From Monocercomonoides exilis PA203 (Eukaryota > Protista > Preaxostyla), in NCBI GenBank assembly GCA_001643675.2, contig LSRY02000006.1, positions 62,001 through 126,000 on the forward strand: a stretch of 64,000 nt of DNA, in the 5' to 3' direction. Of this stretch, positions 24,701 through 37,900 are shown piece by piece. A program made the translations under genes and the position numbers. Below the pieces are notes generated by a model that saw only the letters and a program-made list of their open reading frames with translations, was not told the origin of the DNA and searched no databases. The first letter of the stretch is position 1. Every line of letters begins with the position of its first letter.

Positions 24701-25593
24701 CACACACATCCAGCCGCGCGAAGAGAGCAGAACCAAAAGCACCGACCTCCTCGCAGAACAAAGCGGATAGGGAAGCATCACGCAGCGAGGTGACACAGAC
24801 AACAATAAGAGCTGTGTTTGTGCGGCAGATGGACAATGTGAGTGATATGGGCGATGTGAGCGTCATGAGTGTGGTACCTTCCACTGCGATTTCGATACCA
24901 ACTAATTCAGGTGCTGCTGGACTACATTCAAACACACATCTTCCACCACCTTCACGGCCTCAATTTCTTTCTCAGATTTCAAATCATTCTCTTCAGCCGG
25001 CTGTCTCTTCATCTGGATCTTCGCTATCGTCACAATCTCGGCCATCCACTTCGGTGTCTGCTTCGTATCTCACAAGCACCTTTTTGAGTAACAGCACGAA
25101 CGGTTCTTTCTGTCGCTCCCGTCCTCGTCCATCGCGCGTGCCTCCTGTGCTTGTCCCTGAGTACATCCGAAGGCCTCTTCTGCGCCGTCTGCTGGCTGAT
25201 CTCAGAAGGGAACACATCGAACACATTCCCGTGCTGCTGAAGGCATTGGAGGAGTCTAACTTTGAAGAAGAAAGGAACCGGGGAGGAGAAAAAGAGACAG
25301 ATCCAAATGAAATTGTCAGCGAAGAAGAAGAAGAAGAAGGCGCAGAAAGTGAAATAGTACGAAATTCATTGAGCAAAAACTTTTCTGGGAAGAGAAAGAA
25401 ACAAGTGAGCCTGCGATCAAAGAAGGCGACAGAAAAGAACAGGGAAAAATTTTCAGATAAGAAAAAGAGACCAAAACAAGAGAAAGATCCCAAAACAGTC
25501 ATTGTATTTCCTATGCTGGTGATGGCTAAAAAAAGGATAAAGGCAATTGTGCTGGAGGGAATGGAGCTGTTTGTTAAGAAGCAGAGCGAATAA
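21749..25593 (+). CDS. Hypothetical coiled-coil protein with an IQ-like motif, 5 predicted exons
   Basis: ORFs 21956-23872, 23951-24352 and 24322-25593 join in frame via GTTTG-type introns 21909-21968, 23800-23946, 24081-24182 and 24257-24363. IQ-like VLNAQREARRFL. The first exon is the least certain. Confidence 0.7.
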
Positions 25594-25689
25594 ACCCAGC
25601 AGCTCTTCAATGTTTGTGAAGCGTGGACGACATTTTGTCAATTAACTATCTTTTGATCTTCTTGAAATTGTTGAAATAGGAGTGGGAAA

Positions 25690-26444
25690 TGAACTTTATT
25701 TGTGTGAGATCACAGATTCATCGAATATCATCAGGTGCGTCGCAATCTCACATTTTTAGCGAATCTTTCAGCATGGAGGTTTTTGATGAAAAGATTACGC
25801 ACGGATTGTGAAGTGGAAGATACGATTGTTAATAAACTTCATTTCATTAACGAGACAAAAAGAGAGCTTGAGGAACTGGCTAAGAATGTGAATTGGAAAA
25901 GAAAAGAAGAAGAAGAAAGAGGAAAAGGAATGAATGAAGTACAGTTTATATCGATATGGTCAATAATGATAAGGCAATATTTAACATATTTCAAATCGTA
26001 GAAAGAGAAATTTATTGTGTTGGTATGCTGTCTTGTGAGGGTGTGCAAGGCAGCAAGAGAGAATGAACAAGTTATTCTTGAGGATTGCATTTCCATTTTT
26101 GAAAGAATGGTCAACATATTGACTGCAAGTGTTGATGGCTTGCTGAAAGGGGGTGTTTTTGATTTCGTTTTGAAGGAAATTCAGCGTCCAACGTTGAACG
26201 ACAAAAACACTCATTATTTCTTGACATTCCTTTTGGGCATTTGCAAAAGACAAAATGAAAAGGCTGACAACGACACGGATAAGGCGAAAATAAAGAGAAA
26301 AAGGATGAGGATGTTTGAAAAGATGGAAGAAGAAGGATTCGAGGACAGCACAATAAGCTTTCGTGAAAAATTCTTTTTTTTTCGAACAGAAAGTTTTTTG
26401 AAACTATTTCTTATGACATATCAAAATACTTTATGAATGCCTGA
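25690..26444 (+). pseudogene. 5'-truncated pseudogene of the helical-repeat family represented by 28112-29442
   Basis: Shares YHQ..RNLT.LA..SAW.FL, IVNKLHFINETKRELEEL..VNWK and KMEEEGFED with the neighbouring gene. In-frame TAG at 25999-26001 and frameshifts near both ends. Confidence 0.85.
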
Positions 26445-28111
26445 TGAACTGAGAATGAATTTTGATTTGACACTCAGAATATTATGCATATTTTAATATT
26501 TGGTTTTTTTTTCTTCTTTAAAATGAAACAAATTAACAACAAAATGAAGAACTGCAATTACTCAATTTCTCTCTCTTTTGTCTTCATAAATCTTCTCGAA
26601 TTTTTTCACATTTTCGCTTCTTTCAAAAAGATCCAATCTTGTTTGCGTGTTCGTTCATTTACTAACCATATTCTTCATAATCTTCTCTGTTCAATTTATT
26701 CCTTCATCAGCAATATTTCATCTACTTTTCAACAATTTTTCTAATTTCTGAGAGCTAATGAAGCAAAAGATCAGAAAGAAAAATGAGAAGAGGAATTATG
26801 AGTTTTGCATGCTTCAAACGAATATGATTCTTTCTTTTTATAAGTGGTTGGAGATTTGTTTCTTTTCAACAAGAGATGTCAGCCTTGTTCAAACTATCAT
26901 TTCTTATTCTGTAGAGCTGCAATATCAATTGCTCTTTCAACTTCAATTCGAAAAAAAAAAATCTTAAAGACGATGAATAAAGTTTGCTGAAAAGGAAATT
27001 TTCTCTCATTTGATGAGTCAAAAAGTTGTTTCTCCCTTTACTATCTTGAATCAAATACAATTGTACGCTTTTTCCGTTATCTCACATTTTCTCATTTTTT
27101 CGTATCCAGAAAAAATGAAAGAAAGATTTTCTTTTTTTCTTCTTTCACATTGCTGAGAAATTATTTTCGATTCAATTCACCCACAATCTTGCTTCATTAA
27201 TAAGACTATATCCTTTTCGTTAAACAACACTTCAACTAATATTTCGAAAAGCATATTTTCCCTTTATTTTGGATATTTCATCAAAATCGCCACTTTGAAG
27301 CTTTTCTGTCGAGTGGATCTTTATTTTTTCTTGACAAAGAAACTATTTCTTTCCACCATTTAATGATCTCATTTATAAAGCATTTTATCATTTCCTTTTA
27401 ACTTTTTGACACAGTTTTCCTTTTCTTTCTTTTAACCATAAGCCCAGACATTTTTTTTTCAGTCCTTAAAGATGGTCAGTTTTTCAATTCGTTGTTCTCA
27501 ATAAATCCCGGCCATTTGAAAAGACTTGCAAGACATTTTCATGCAAAGAATGTCGAACATGCAAATGTCTCTTGTTCTTGTCTTTTCCGCCGAAACCATT
27601 TCAGAAATGGGAAAAAATTGCCATTTTTCTTTATGAAAGGACCATTTTCCATTTTTTTACAGCCAACCTCTCCTTCCATGTAAAATAAGTTATTAGTTTT
27701 TCCAGAGATAAAAAAATATGCATTCAATAAAGAAAGATTGATGCTTTTGCTTTTATTGAGATAAATATAATTATTTGTTTGATCAAAAGATAATAAAAGG
27801 TTTGCTTCTTGTGATGAAAACAACAAAAACAGTTTTTTTGTTTTTCATTTGAACTGTAATTCACAAGCTCTGACAATTTTTGTTGAGATTTTCACTTTTT
27901 CATTTTACCAAATGATTAGCAATGTTTGACACATTTCATGATATTTGAATGTTTGAAAATTTTTCTCAATTAGATCGCCATGTGTCTTGCCACAAAAAGA
28001 ATGATCGCATGCAGCTGTCGAACGGTTCAAAAAACAGTTCAACCAACATCATCAACAAAGAAGTTCTTCAGTTTGTCTGTTTGATTTCTGACCAAAGATA
28101 CAATTCTTTTC

Positions 28112-29442
28112 ATGACACTTGAAGAATTATTTGCTCAGATGAAGAATTGCTTTGCAGCAGATCAGAAGCGAATAATCAAAGAAATGAGTGGACTGATGAA
28201 AGATATGAATGAAGAAGAGTTCACAACTGTTTTTTCAAAAGAACTGTTCGATGGCACGGACAGAATGATGAAAAATAAGATATTGCCATTTGAAAATGCC
28301 ACTTTGCTTCTGAAACACATCGGATATCGCAAAACATTGAACAAGCTGTGGAGCAACAGCTTTGAAAGATCATCGCTGAGCAAAACATTGAAGGAGATGA
28401 TTGTTGCAGAAGAAAAGAAAAAAGAAGAAAAGAACGAAGATTTGCTGGCTAATATGTGCGAGTGCTATCTTTATCTTCTTATTACATATCCACCAAAATT
28501 GCTCCCTGTTTGTGTTCCTTGCCTCTTGAAAGCTGCAATGAGAAAAGAGGAAAGTGAAGTTGTTCGAAGAGATGTTGAAGCTGCGTTGCTTGCCTTGAGC
28601 ATTATTGGTAACAGGATTGTTTGTGGATTGTTCTTTTTCATTTTCTCTTGACATTTCCACAAATAAAAAATTGTGTATAGAATCAGGAAAAGGATCAGTG
28701 TTTTGATCAGATTTCAGACATCATCAGATATCATCAGCGGCATAGCAACCTCACTCCACTGGGTTATCAATCCGCATGGGAGTTCCTGATAGACAGATTT
28801 AGAAAAGCAAGAGAGTTGGGGAATGAAATTGTTAAGGAGCTGAAATTCATTCGAGAAGCAGCAAGAGAAATAGAAGAATTGATGGGATTTGTGGATTGGA
28901 AGAAGGAAAACGATGTGATGGAAACAGAAGAAGAAAGAATCATTGAAAGATGGATGGAAACTGTCAGAACTTTCATTTTCCACTGCAAATCTGTCGAACA
29001 TGAATGTTTGCATTTGGTTTTGTGCTTTTCAAGACTATTCGTGATGGCAAGAGGCCTGCACTTGACAGTTGCAAGAAAGTGTTTGTACATTTTTTGTGAG
29101 ATGATTTCTCAACAGCCGGCTTTCATTATTCTGGATAACATTCTGAGAGGAGGAGTTTTTGATCTGAGTTCAGAGGAGCTTCGCCGCCAAACATTGGATG
29201 ATCAAAACACAGCTTATTGCTTGAGATTCTTTTTGGAACTTTCGGAAAGATTGAAAGAAAAGGAAGATGAACAAAGCAAAGAAGCAGGATTGATGAGATT
29301 GAAAATAGAGATATTGGGAAAAATGGAGGAAAGTGGTCACGAAGATGTAATCACAAGCTTTTATGGAGCATTTTTTCGTCTGGACAACATCTTTTATTTT
29401 GGATTTTGTGAAAACTTGGCCCATTTTTTTGTGAACATTTGA
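28112..29442 (+). CDS. Member of an expanded lineage-specific alpha-helical (ARM/HEAT-like) family, ~422 aa, 2 exons
   Basis: ORFs 28112-28651 and 28816-29442 join in frame through the phase-0 intron 28619-28680. Motifs EEKKKEEKNEDLLANMCECY, VEAALLALS, YQSAWEFL; paralogue at 25690-26444. Confidence 0.8.
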
Positions 29443-30747
29443 GAAATAAATCCGCCCTTCTTTGTGGATTTGTTAAAAATGATTTTTCTTTTTTCGAATG
29501 GAAGAACCGTTTGTCCAAAAGAAAAAAAAAATTCAAAGCACTTCTGAAAAAGACATTGCCTTTTTTGATTTATCACAATAAAGAAGTTTTCAAGCGACTT
29601 TTGAATAAAAATTGTTTTTTTTGATGTTTTGATGTTAACAAACAAGAATTATTGAAACATGAATATGAAAAAATGTTAACGGATGCCAGAATTCAGTTTT
29701 TGTTATAACTTTCAGAGTCAAGGCAAGAAAGAACATAAGAGAAAACGAAGAAAAAAAAGGGAATGAGGAAGAGGGTTAATGGGAATTTTGTAAAACGATC
29801 TTCAGAAAGATGTGCTAATAGAAAATTGAAAAAGAAGAAGAAAAAGAATAAAAAAAAAAAAAAATAAAATAAAATCCATAAATGAAATTCACTCTTTCGG
29901 CAATTCTTCAAAAACTGTAACAACAATAAATTCAACTATCAAAGGCATTTGTGTAACTGCGTCCCTTTTGCAATTCTTGTTTCAAGACATTAATTTTGTG
30001 ATGTTTGAAATGTAAAAATTATTTAAAAACTTTTGTATGGATCGGTTTTTAGCAAAACTTCATGTTTCTTGTGAAAAAACTATTTTTAAAAATGACCCAT
30101 AAATATGAGTATTTTTACAAATTTTTAATAAAATTAGATAATTATGAAATAAAAAATAGATGAAATGTTATTAATTATAATATTGTCCTATTTTAATAAT
30201 AAAAATTTGAAAAATAAAACATTAAAAAAAAAATAAATAAAATCATTAAAATATTTTGATCAATCCCACAATTAAATTTTTAATATCCAAAAATAAGAAA
30301 TTAGTTTCTTTCATCGTGAATTGAGCCCTCGTTTGCGAACATATAACGAATCATATATATAAACATAGTTTTAAAGTGTGTGATAAATAATTATCAATAT
30401 ATCATTCAAATCTTTATGAATTTTGTTTATGATTTTTAAGCTGATTATTTTTGTGCAGTTGGAGGATGTTAATGTTATTCCATGATGATCTTGAACAAAG
30501 AAACACTGATGAGGCTCACGAAGTGTGATTATCGTTTTCTTTTTATTTATTAAAGATTATTTTTACTAAATGTTAAGAAAATCATATGTTTTTAACTGAA
30601 TCAACGCGGATTATCAAATGCTAGAAGAAACCTATAGATAAAACTTTTTCATCAAAGAAATAAGAGATGGAGTGCATTTTGCAACAAATGAAATGATGAA
30701 ATTAAAATTTACATCTGATTCAATGAATTCAGAATAATCTTTTTAAA

Positions 30748-33700
30748 GGTGGGAATGATTTTTTTGGAAACTGCTACAACCTTTAATCACTGATAAGTGA
30801 GAGTCAATTTCTGTTTGATCTTCGAGAGGAATGTTAGACATTCCATAATGCGATAGATGGAAGAGATTCCTGTTATTTACCAAATGATACAAATCTTATT
30901 GGATTTATAACCGTCCATCAGAGTTACACAATCATTATGAGCAGCGTGCATGGATCGAATGAAAGGCAATGAAGGGCAAACACATTTCTATGTGATTCAA
31001 TTGATTATGGATTGGTGCATCTGACTGCGGACTTCATCAGCCAGATGCTTGTTGATGGGGAGAGTGCGATCAAGGGGGAAGTGGAACTGGACGAGATGAG
31101 CCTGAGCTCAAGAAGCCGCGATCTGTGCAATGTTGAAGTGGAGTCGAGGATCGAATGCACAAGGGCGGGTGTAATATCGACATCGAACACAGTGACTATT
31201 TCAAGAGTGAGGTTTGTATTTGTTGTGGAATTTGCATCTTTTCACATTGATCTGGTTGAACCAGACAGTGGATTGGTGGAAATGGTTAACTGCTCGTTCA
31301 GGTCAAAGCACGCTGAACCTGCTGAAACTCGTGGGAATGCACAAATACCGTTACACATTATTCGGATTACCTCGGGGAGATGTGTTCTAGATGGATGCTG
31401 CGTGGAAGATGTTGCGCTTTCGGTGGCTGCAATATGCATTGCATCACCGATCCAATTTGTTGTTTCTTCTTGTGGGTTCTGCAACTTGGCAACCAGCAAT
31501 CCGCTCATTGATGTCACAGGAAGTGGAGATATTTCTGCGAGTCATCTGGAATTGGCGAATGCCACAATCTCAAAAAGAGGACTTTTTTTGCTATCGTGCT
31601 CAGGTGTGAGAAGCCCAATGATACTTAACAATTGCTCGATTAAAAATTCAGCGCAAGATAATTCAAGAGGGATGCTTGTCACATTGGGCAACTGTTCAGA
31701 CACAATGATAGACAGTTGCATCTTGGATGGGAATTCAAGCGAATGCGATACAAAAGAAGCACAAAGAAGGTTATCCAACAAAGTGTTTAATGAAGCGGAA
31801 AATGAAATATTCAGATGGAATGGTTCAATTGTTGATTTTTCTAGCAGTTCCGTGATGATGAAAGACACAACAATCTGCAACTTTTCAAAGGGAGGGATGA
31901 CTGTGAGTGGAGGAAGCGTTGGAATTGAAATGGTGTTATTTGAGAATAATAATCCTTTCATTGATAAATATCCTTCAGCTCGGAGAAACATATTGTGTTC
32001 GGATTCTGCTTCTCTGGTCATTTCAAGCTTAAAAGGTGGAGATGGATGGGAAAGAAACACATCACTTTGGATGTTGAATGATGGATGCAACTTTGAAGGG
32101 ATAGTTTCTGAAAGGGTATCACCATTCTTCATTCCAGTGTTGGGAAGTGTCGAAGCAAATGAGAAAGGAGCAGAAATGGAGATTGTGTTCAAAGGAAAGC
32201 TGCTGCTGCCTTGCAACTTGTCATTCATTGTTGTAAAGCAGATTGGAGATGAAAAGCAGATTGAGAAATACGAGTTTGATGAGAGTGGATGTGCTTCAGA
32301 GACAGAAGTTGAAGGAAGATTAGAAAGAGAGGCAATAAGTGAGGCAGGAGAAGTGATGGAAGTGAGTGTGTGTATTCTGTTTGGAGATAACAAAAACCCA
32401 TCATCCACTGATTCTTTCATTGTGAAGATCAGAAGTGAGCCCAAAGCTAATGGAGATGAAAGGATTGTTGAAGGAGGAAAAGAAGAGAAATCGTATTGGT
32501 TGTTGATTGTTTGCATTGTGATTGTTGTGATTCTGCTTGTAATTGTTGTTATTCTGGCTGTTCGATGGAGAAAGTTAAAAGAAGAAGCTAAGAAATACAA
32601 GGAGATTGTAGAAGATACAGTAAGGAAGGATCCGAAGGCGTTTGAGATGGTGACGATGGAGATGTCACCTGAGGAGCAGTGGAGAAGAGCTGAGAGAGAG
32701 GCAGAGAAGAAGAATGAAGAGAGGATAAAGAAGAGAATAAATGATACGAATATGCAGCACTCGGAATCATCAGAGCATCTTCTATCTGAGAGCGGATCGA
32801 CTGAATATATCCTTGGAAGAGACTCAGACAAGATCCCTCAATGGATGCTGGAGAAGGTTGATGAGAAAGAGGAAGAGGAAGAGGAAGAAGAGATGAGAAA
32901 GCGAACTCTTTCTCCATCCATCTCATCCACTTCAACAGCTGATTCTGATTCAACATTTGTTCGATCAGAGAGTATGTGTCCAACCACATCATCCATGTCG
33001 AATCTGGTGGATGCAATGGCTTGCTCGTCTCCTCATGAGAAATTGATTGTGGACTTGAGGGATTCGCTGTTCATGTTGCTCCATGGGCTGAACAAGACAA
33101 AGGAGATGGCGATTGGCACTTTGCAGGAGAGAGAGCAGACAGCTGCCCAAATCCTGTTCTGGGTGGCCAATCTTGCTCTTCACTCATTTGATGAAATGGA
33201 AAATCCTCTCCAATCATTAGCCAATTTGAGTCCTCACATTGTGTTGTTCTCGGAGCATATGGTAATCTGCATTGTGATGCATTCGGACTTATTGTCTGAT
33301 GATGACTCAGATTCATCATCCATCTCTTCATCAACTGTTGTGACGTCCGCAAGTGATAATGACGAAGATGAAGATTCTCTTCCCTCATCTGCCTTTGAGG
33401 ATGAGGATGACTTCAAAAAAGAGTGTTTGAGGTGGAAGGCGCCAGAGCTGCTGATCAACAAGAAGATGGGTGCAACCAAGGAGTCAGTTGCATTCTCGAT
33501 CGGGATGATGCTGTGGGAGTGTCTGACGCTCCAGATTCCGTTTGGTGATTATGAGGCAGAGGTGGCGAGGCAGAAGATCGTGAATGGAGAGAGACCAATC
33601 TTGGATGGTGTGATGCAAACACCATTGCTGGAGATCATTAAGAATTGTCTGTCGAATCATGTGAGCAGAAGACCTTCGCTGAAAGATTTGAAGCGAGTGT

Positions 33701-33828
33701 TCATCCAGCGATTCCCAGAATCTGCTCAGGTGCTGACGATGTCAGATGCGGTGGATTATGAAATTGTTTCAGAGAAGCGCGGGAGCAAAGAAAGTGGAGA
33801 TGCTGAGACAAGTTTTGTGAGTTTTTGA
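30748..33828 (+). pseudogene. 5'-decayed receptor-pseudokinase family member; residual 938-codon ORF (31012-33828) with partial ectodomain, TM and pseudokinase
   Basis: Ectodomain-like sequence continues upstream in frame but is broken by TAA 30784, TAG 30835 and TGA 30970, and the residual ORF has no signal peptide. TM WLLIVCIVIVVILLVIVVILAV; LRWKAPE...FSIGMMLWECLTLQIPF. Confidence 0.8.
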
Positions 33829-34935
33829 AAAGAGTGAGAAAGAAAAGTGGAGAGTGAAGATAGGTGATGAGGAAGCACAACGAAAGGGGAGATGTTGAAA
33901 AAATTGTAATTTCACATTTCAAGCATTTGCAATCAGAAGCCTTTCCTTTTTTTTTTGATTCAATGCTCGGAAACTTCGAGCAAAAGGTCAAAAAAGAAAA
34001 TGGAAAAGGAAAAGGAAAAGAAAATGGAAAAGATGAAAAGGTGAATGCTTCAAAGAGAAACGCGAATGATAGATGCTTGTTCAAAAGTTGATCTCGACAA
34101 AATGTGCGTCAAAGAACATTTCACTTCGGATGTGGTGTTTCCATTTGCTTGCTTGATGATGAGAATGCGATTTTGGAGAGAAAAAGATTGCGATTTGACG
34201 ATCAACTTGAATCTTTTTTTGAGCATTCAACACACAAGCAACAATGGCAAACACCTCCTTCTGTTTTCAGTTTTTCTTTTTTTGTGTGGCTTTCAGCAAT
34301 AGAAGCTGCTTTGAGTGTGCATGAAAATTCAGATGTTTTGGATTGACAGCCATCAAACAAAAGGTTATTTGAAAGGTGCTTGTGCAACATTTGAATCGAA
34401 CATTTCAGGCATTTGTGTTGAGCCATTTGCGAAAACTGCAGAAAAGGATCATTGGGCAACAAGAATCTGTTGTGGAAGAATGGAAACAAAAATCATATCA
34501 TCATTTTCTTTTTCTTGTTCAAACAAACAGTTTTCCTTCAAGAAGAGAAATGAAGTGAAACCACCAAAAAGAATGAGTTTTCATTTTTTTCAAATCATGT
34601 ATTTTCAATTTCAGATTGTTCCTTCACAATCACAAAATGTGTCAATGTGAAAACGCTGGAGGATGAATATTTGCACTCCAAAAAAAGTGAGTGAAATAGA
34701 AGTATTTTTTCAATTTTTTGTTTTGACTGTTTGCTTCAAAGGCGATTCACAAAATCCAAAAACTTGAAATTCAACACAAACAATCATTCAGTTCTTTTTC
34801 CCACTCAGAACTTTCCATTTTTTCAATCAGATATTTTCTGGATGATGTCTATTTAAACGGGCATTTTTTCAATTTCAGGACTGCCATAAGTCCTTTTTCA
34901 AGCAAAAAGTGAGATTGTGAAAAGGCTGTTTGCAC

Positions 34936-37900
34936 ATGATTTCGGGGATGTCTCCAGGGCTGCAGGCTGTGGAAGACGGACATTTCCGCTTGAATTCCAT
35001 GGACATCGTTGCGACCTTTGAGGATGTTTGCCTTCTTTTGTTTTTCCAGAGGTTTTTGCATTTTGACGAAATTGAAAAGATACACCGCGCAATAACTCTT
35101 GCGGCAGAGCAGCAGGTATTGACTTGCTTTTGTGGTGCAGGTGCATTGCGGATATCTTTTTCTCTCCACACTTTCCTTTTGCTGTTTTTGCTTTTTTTTT
35201 CTTTTTTGAATGGAACACTGATGCTGCGACCCTGATGCGCGGGACAGGGCTTGGTGGGAGTGCGCGAGAAACTTGGCGGGGCGTACAAGATGTTGCAGCT
35301 GGTCAAGCGTTTGTGCTCCATTTTTGTTTTTCTTTTCTTTTTTTTTTAAACAGATATTTCTTTCAATCACATAATTCTGCCTTCATTTCACATGCTTCCC
35401 AAATGCGACTTTTTTTCACTTTCACTTTCATTTTTTCCCTCAACTTGCTTCATTGGCAGCTCAGTTCATGATGCTGATTGAGAAGATATCGAGGCGCGTT
35501 GACAAGAGCGTGCGCATGCAGCAGCATCAACAGCATCAGCATCAGCATCAGCATCAGCAGCAACAGCGTGCAGGAGATGGGTATTTGTTCAGCATCAGCC
35601 AGGAGAACAAAACGCCAGGCTCGTCGGTCTTCGTGACTTCGCGTCTGCTTGACGATGCGCCAGCTGCGCAGCTGACGCCGCCTGGAAGCCGACGGAGCCC
35701 GTCGTCGTTTTTGTGGACGCCGGAGCGGCAGGTGTTGTCTTCTGTTCCGTCGCAGAGTGTTTCGTCTCCATCTGCGCGCGCACAATATTTCCATGCGGAC
35801 TACGATCGGTGTCTGGGAGCAGCAGACGCAGCAGATCCTTCACAAGCGCTGAGGGCGACTTCTCCGTCTCGCAGCTCATTTCAGCCTTCGAAGCAACAAA
35901 CACGGGCTGCTCAACCTTTGCCTCAGAACAACCAGTCGCACCATCACCACCATCATCGTAATCCAAATCACCACCACCACCACCATCATCATCATCACCA
36001 CCATCATCATCGGAATGAACACATGCACCAGAGAGAAGCACCAAACGAGAAGGAGCAGATGAAAGAGCGCCTTGTTCTGGGAGAGCGCTTACTGAGTCAC
36101 CCGCGAGAGAACATTTTGGATGGTGAAGTGCAGATTCATGAAATGCATCGCAAGCACAGCAGACGCAGCAGGATTCGGAATCATCGCACAGATGAGTATT
36201 GTTTGCTGGAGAAGCAAGAGCAGAAGCTGGGGAATGGGCAGTGTGAGAAGAAAGCGGCTCGGCTGAGGGAGACGCGGGAAGGGCGAAGCGGAGAAGGAGG
36301 AGTGCGAGAGAAAGGAGCAGCGCTGGAGATGGAGCTTGAGGAGCAGAGTAGAATTGAGGAGGCAGAGGAGCTGCGGAGGAAATACAGCAGAATGAAGGCA
36401 GAGACGAAGGTGCTGGGGCTTCAGATGCGACGGCAGCCACATGGGTTTGGCGCCTTCCATCGGACATTCTCGTTTCGGGGGCTGAACAGCAGCGCTGCCA
36501 GAACGAGAACGAGAGCCAGAAACCAAAGCAGAAATGGAAGAGGCGATGTTGTTGAGGGGAATGGGAGCAGAAGGAGAGCAGGCGCTTTGATGAAGGAGCA
36601 ATCGGTTCCGAAGAGAGTGGCTGGAAAAGAGGGAGCGCAAAGCGCAGAGCGAAGAAGAGCGTTTGGGGAGCAGCAGAAGTTGTCTGGAGAGAAGCAGAAG
36701 AGCGCCAGGCGAATGCAAGCGGAGCGGCAGAAGCAGAAGAAACACAACCGCTTGGATGCTTTGCACCATCCAGTGTCAGATGGCATGTCGCTCTCACCGA
36801 CTTCTCATTCTTCTCATCCTTCGCACAAGAGAACTGCATCATCGCTGGGTTCGTCTGAGCTCCTTTCCGATCAGTTTGACTCGCCAAAGTGGAGCCAGCA
36901 TTGTTTGTGCTCAACGCCTGCTTTTGAGAGGAAGCGTGCAACAGAAGCAATCATTCGGTCGTCTTCTCCGCTGAGCAGTCTTTTTCGACTGTTTTCGGAA
37001 AAGAAAGAGAAGAGCGAATGCTTATCATCAATTCCACCACCACCACCTCCTCCTCCTCCAACAGCAACAACAACAACAAATGCAAATTCAATTTCCTCTT
37101 CTGTTTCCTCTTCCGTTTCCTCTTCCTCTTCACTGACTTCTTCGGCTGAGCCAGAGGGCGACAAAGCAGACTCAGCTGGAGATGCAGAGAATGGAGAAGG
37201 CAGAGCAGACACGACGCTGGGATCAGAAGTGAATGCATTGTCAGCATCACCAGCATTGCCAGCATCACCAGCATTGCCAGCATCGGAAACACAAAAACCA
37301 CAGAAGAGGTCGCTGTTTGCAGGCTCTTGTTTTCCTTTCTTTTTGGCGTGGCAGCTGTGGCGCCAGGCGGTGCAGGAGCATCGGAGCAGAAGGAAGAGGA
37401 AGGCTGGGGCAGATGAGAAGGCAGGAGCTGGTCGAAGCAGCGCATTTGAGGGGGATGGGGAGGTGGATGAAGAAAGCAGAGCAGACAGCGAAGAGACGGA
37501 GTCTGAGGGAGAGGGCAGTGCTGGAGCTGGGCACCTGGCTGCGCATCCGTCTGAGTGGGATGGCTGCCCCAGCGGTGAAATGGGTGATTCTGCTGAGGAG
37601 ACAAAAGAAGGAGCAGAAAAAGGTGCTGCTGGGAGCAGGAAGGATGAGGCGGAGAATGAAGATAAAACCAGAAGAGTGAAACGAGGGATTGTCAGACGTC
37701 TGCTGAAAAGCAGGGGATCGTGGCAGGGCAGAGCGAAAAGAAGGCGGCAGGGGCTTGAGTTGCAAGAGGTGAATGCGAAAGAGAGAGCAGACGAGGCAGC
37801 GCCGAGAAAAAGGATGTTTGAAGAGGGCAGACTGGAAGCGTTGAAAGAGAGAAGCGGGGCAGGAGGCAGTGGAGGCAATGGGAAGAGGATGCGGCTGGGC

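Noticed and set aside
31542-32831. Long antisense ORFs (429 aa here; also 36871-38838, 38415-39923, 50365-51186 and similar)
   Set aside because: Shadows of the sense genes produced by codon bias and low complexity; their similarity to each other follows from the paralogy of the sense strand.
33864-34900. Short overlapping ORFs between the receptor copy and the 2256-aa ORF as a separate gene
   Set aside because: No recognisable product; some may be further 5' exons of the downstream gene, but I could not fix a unique splice path.
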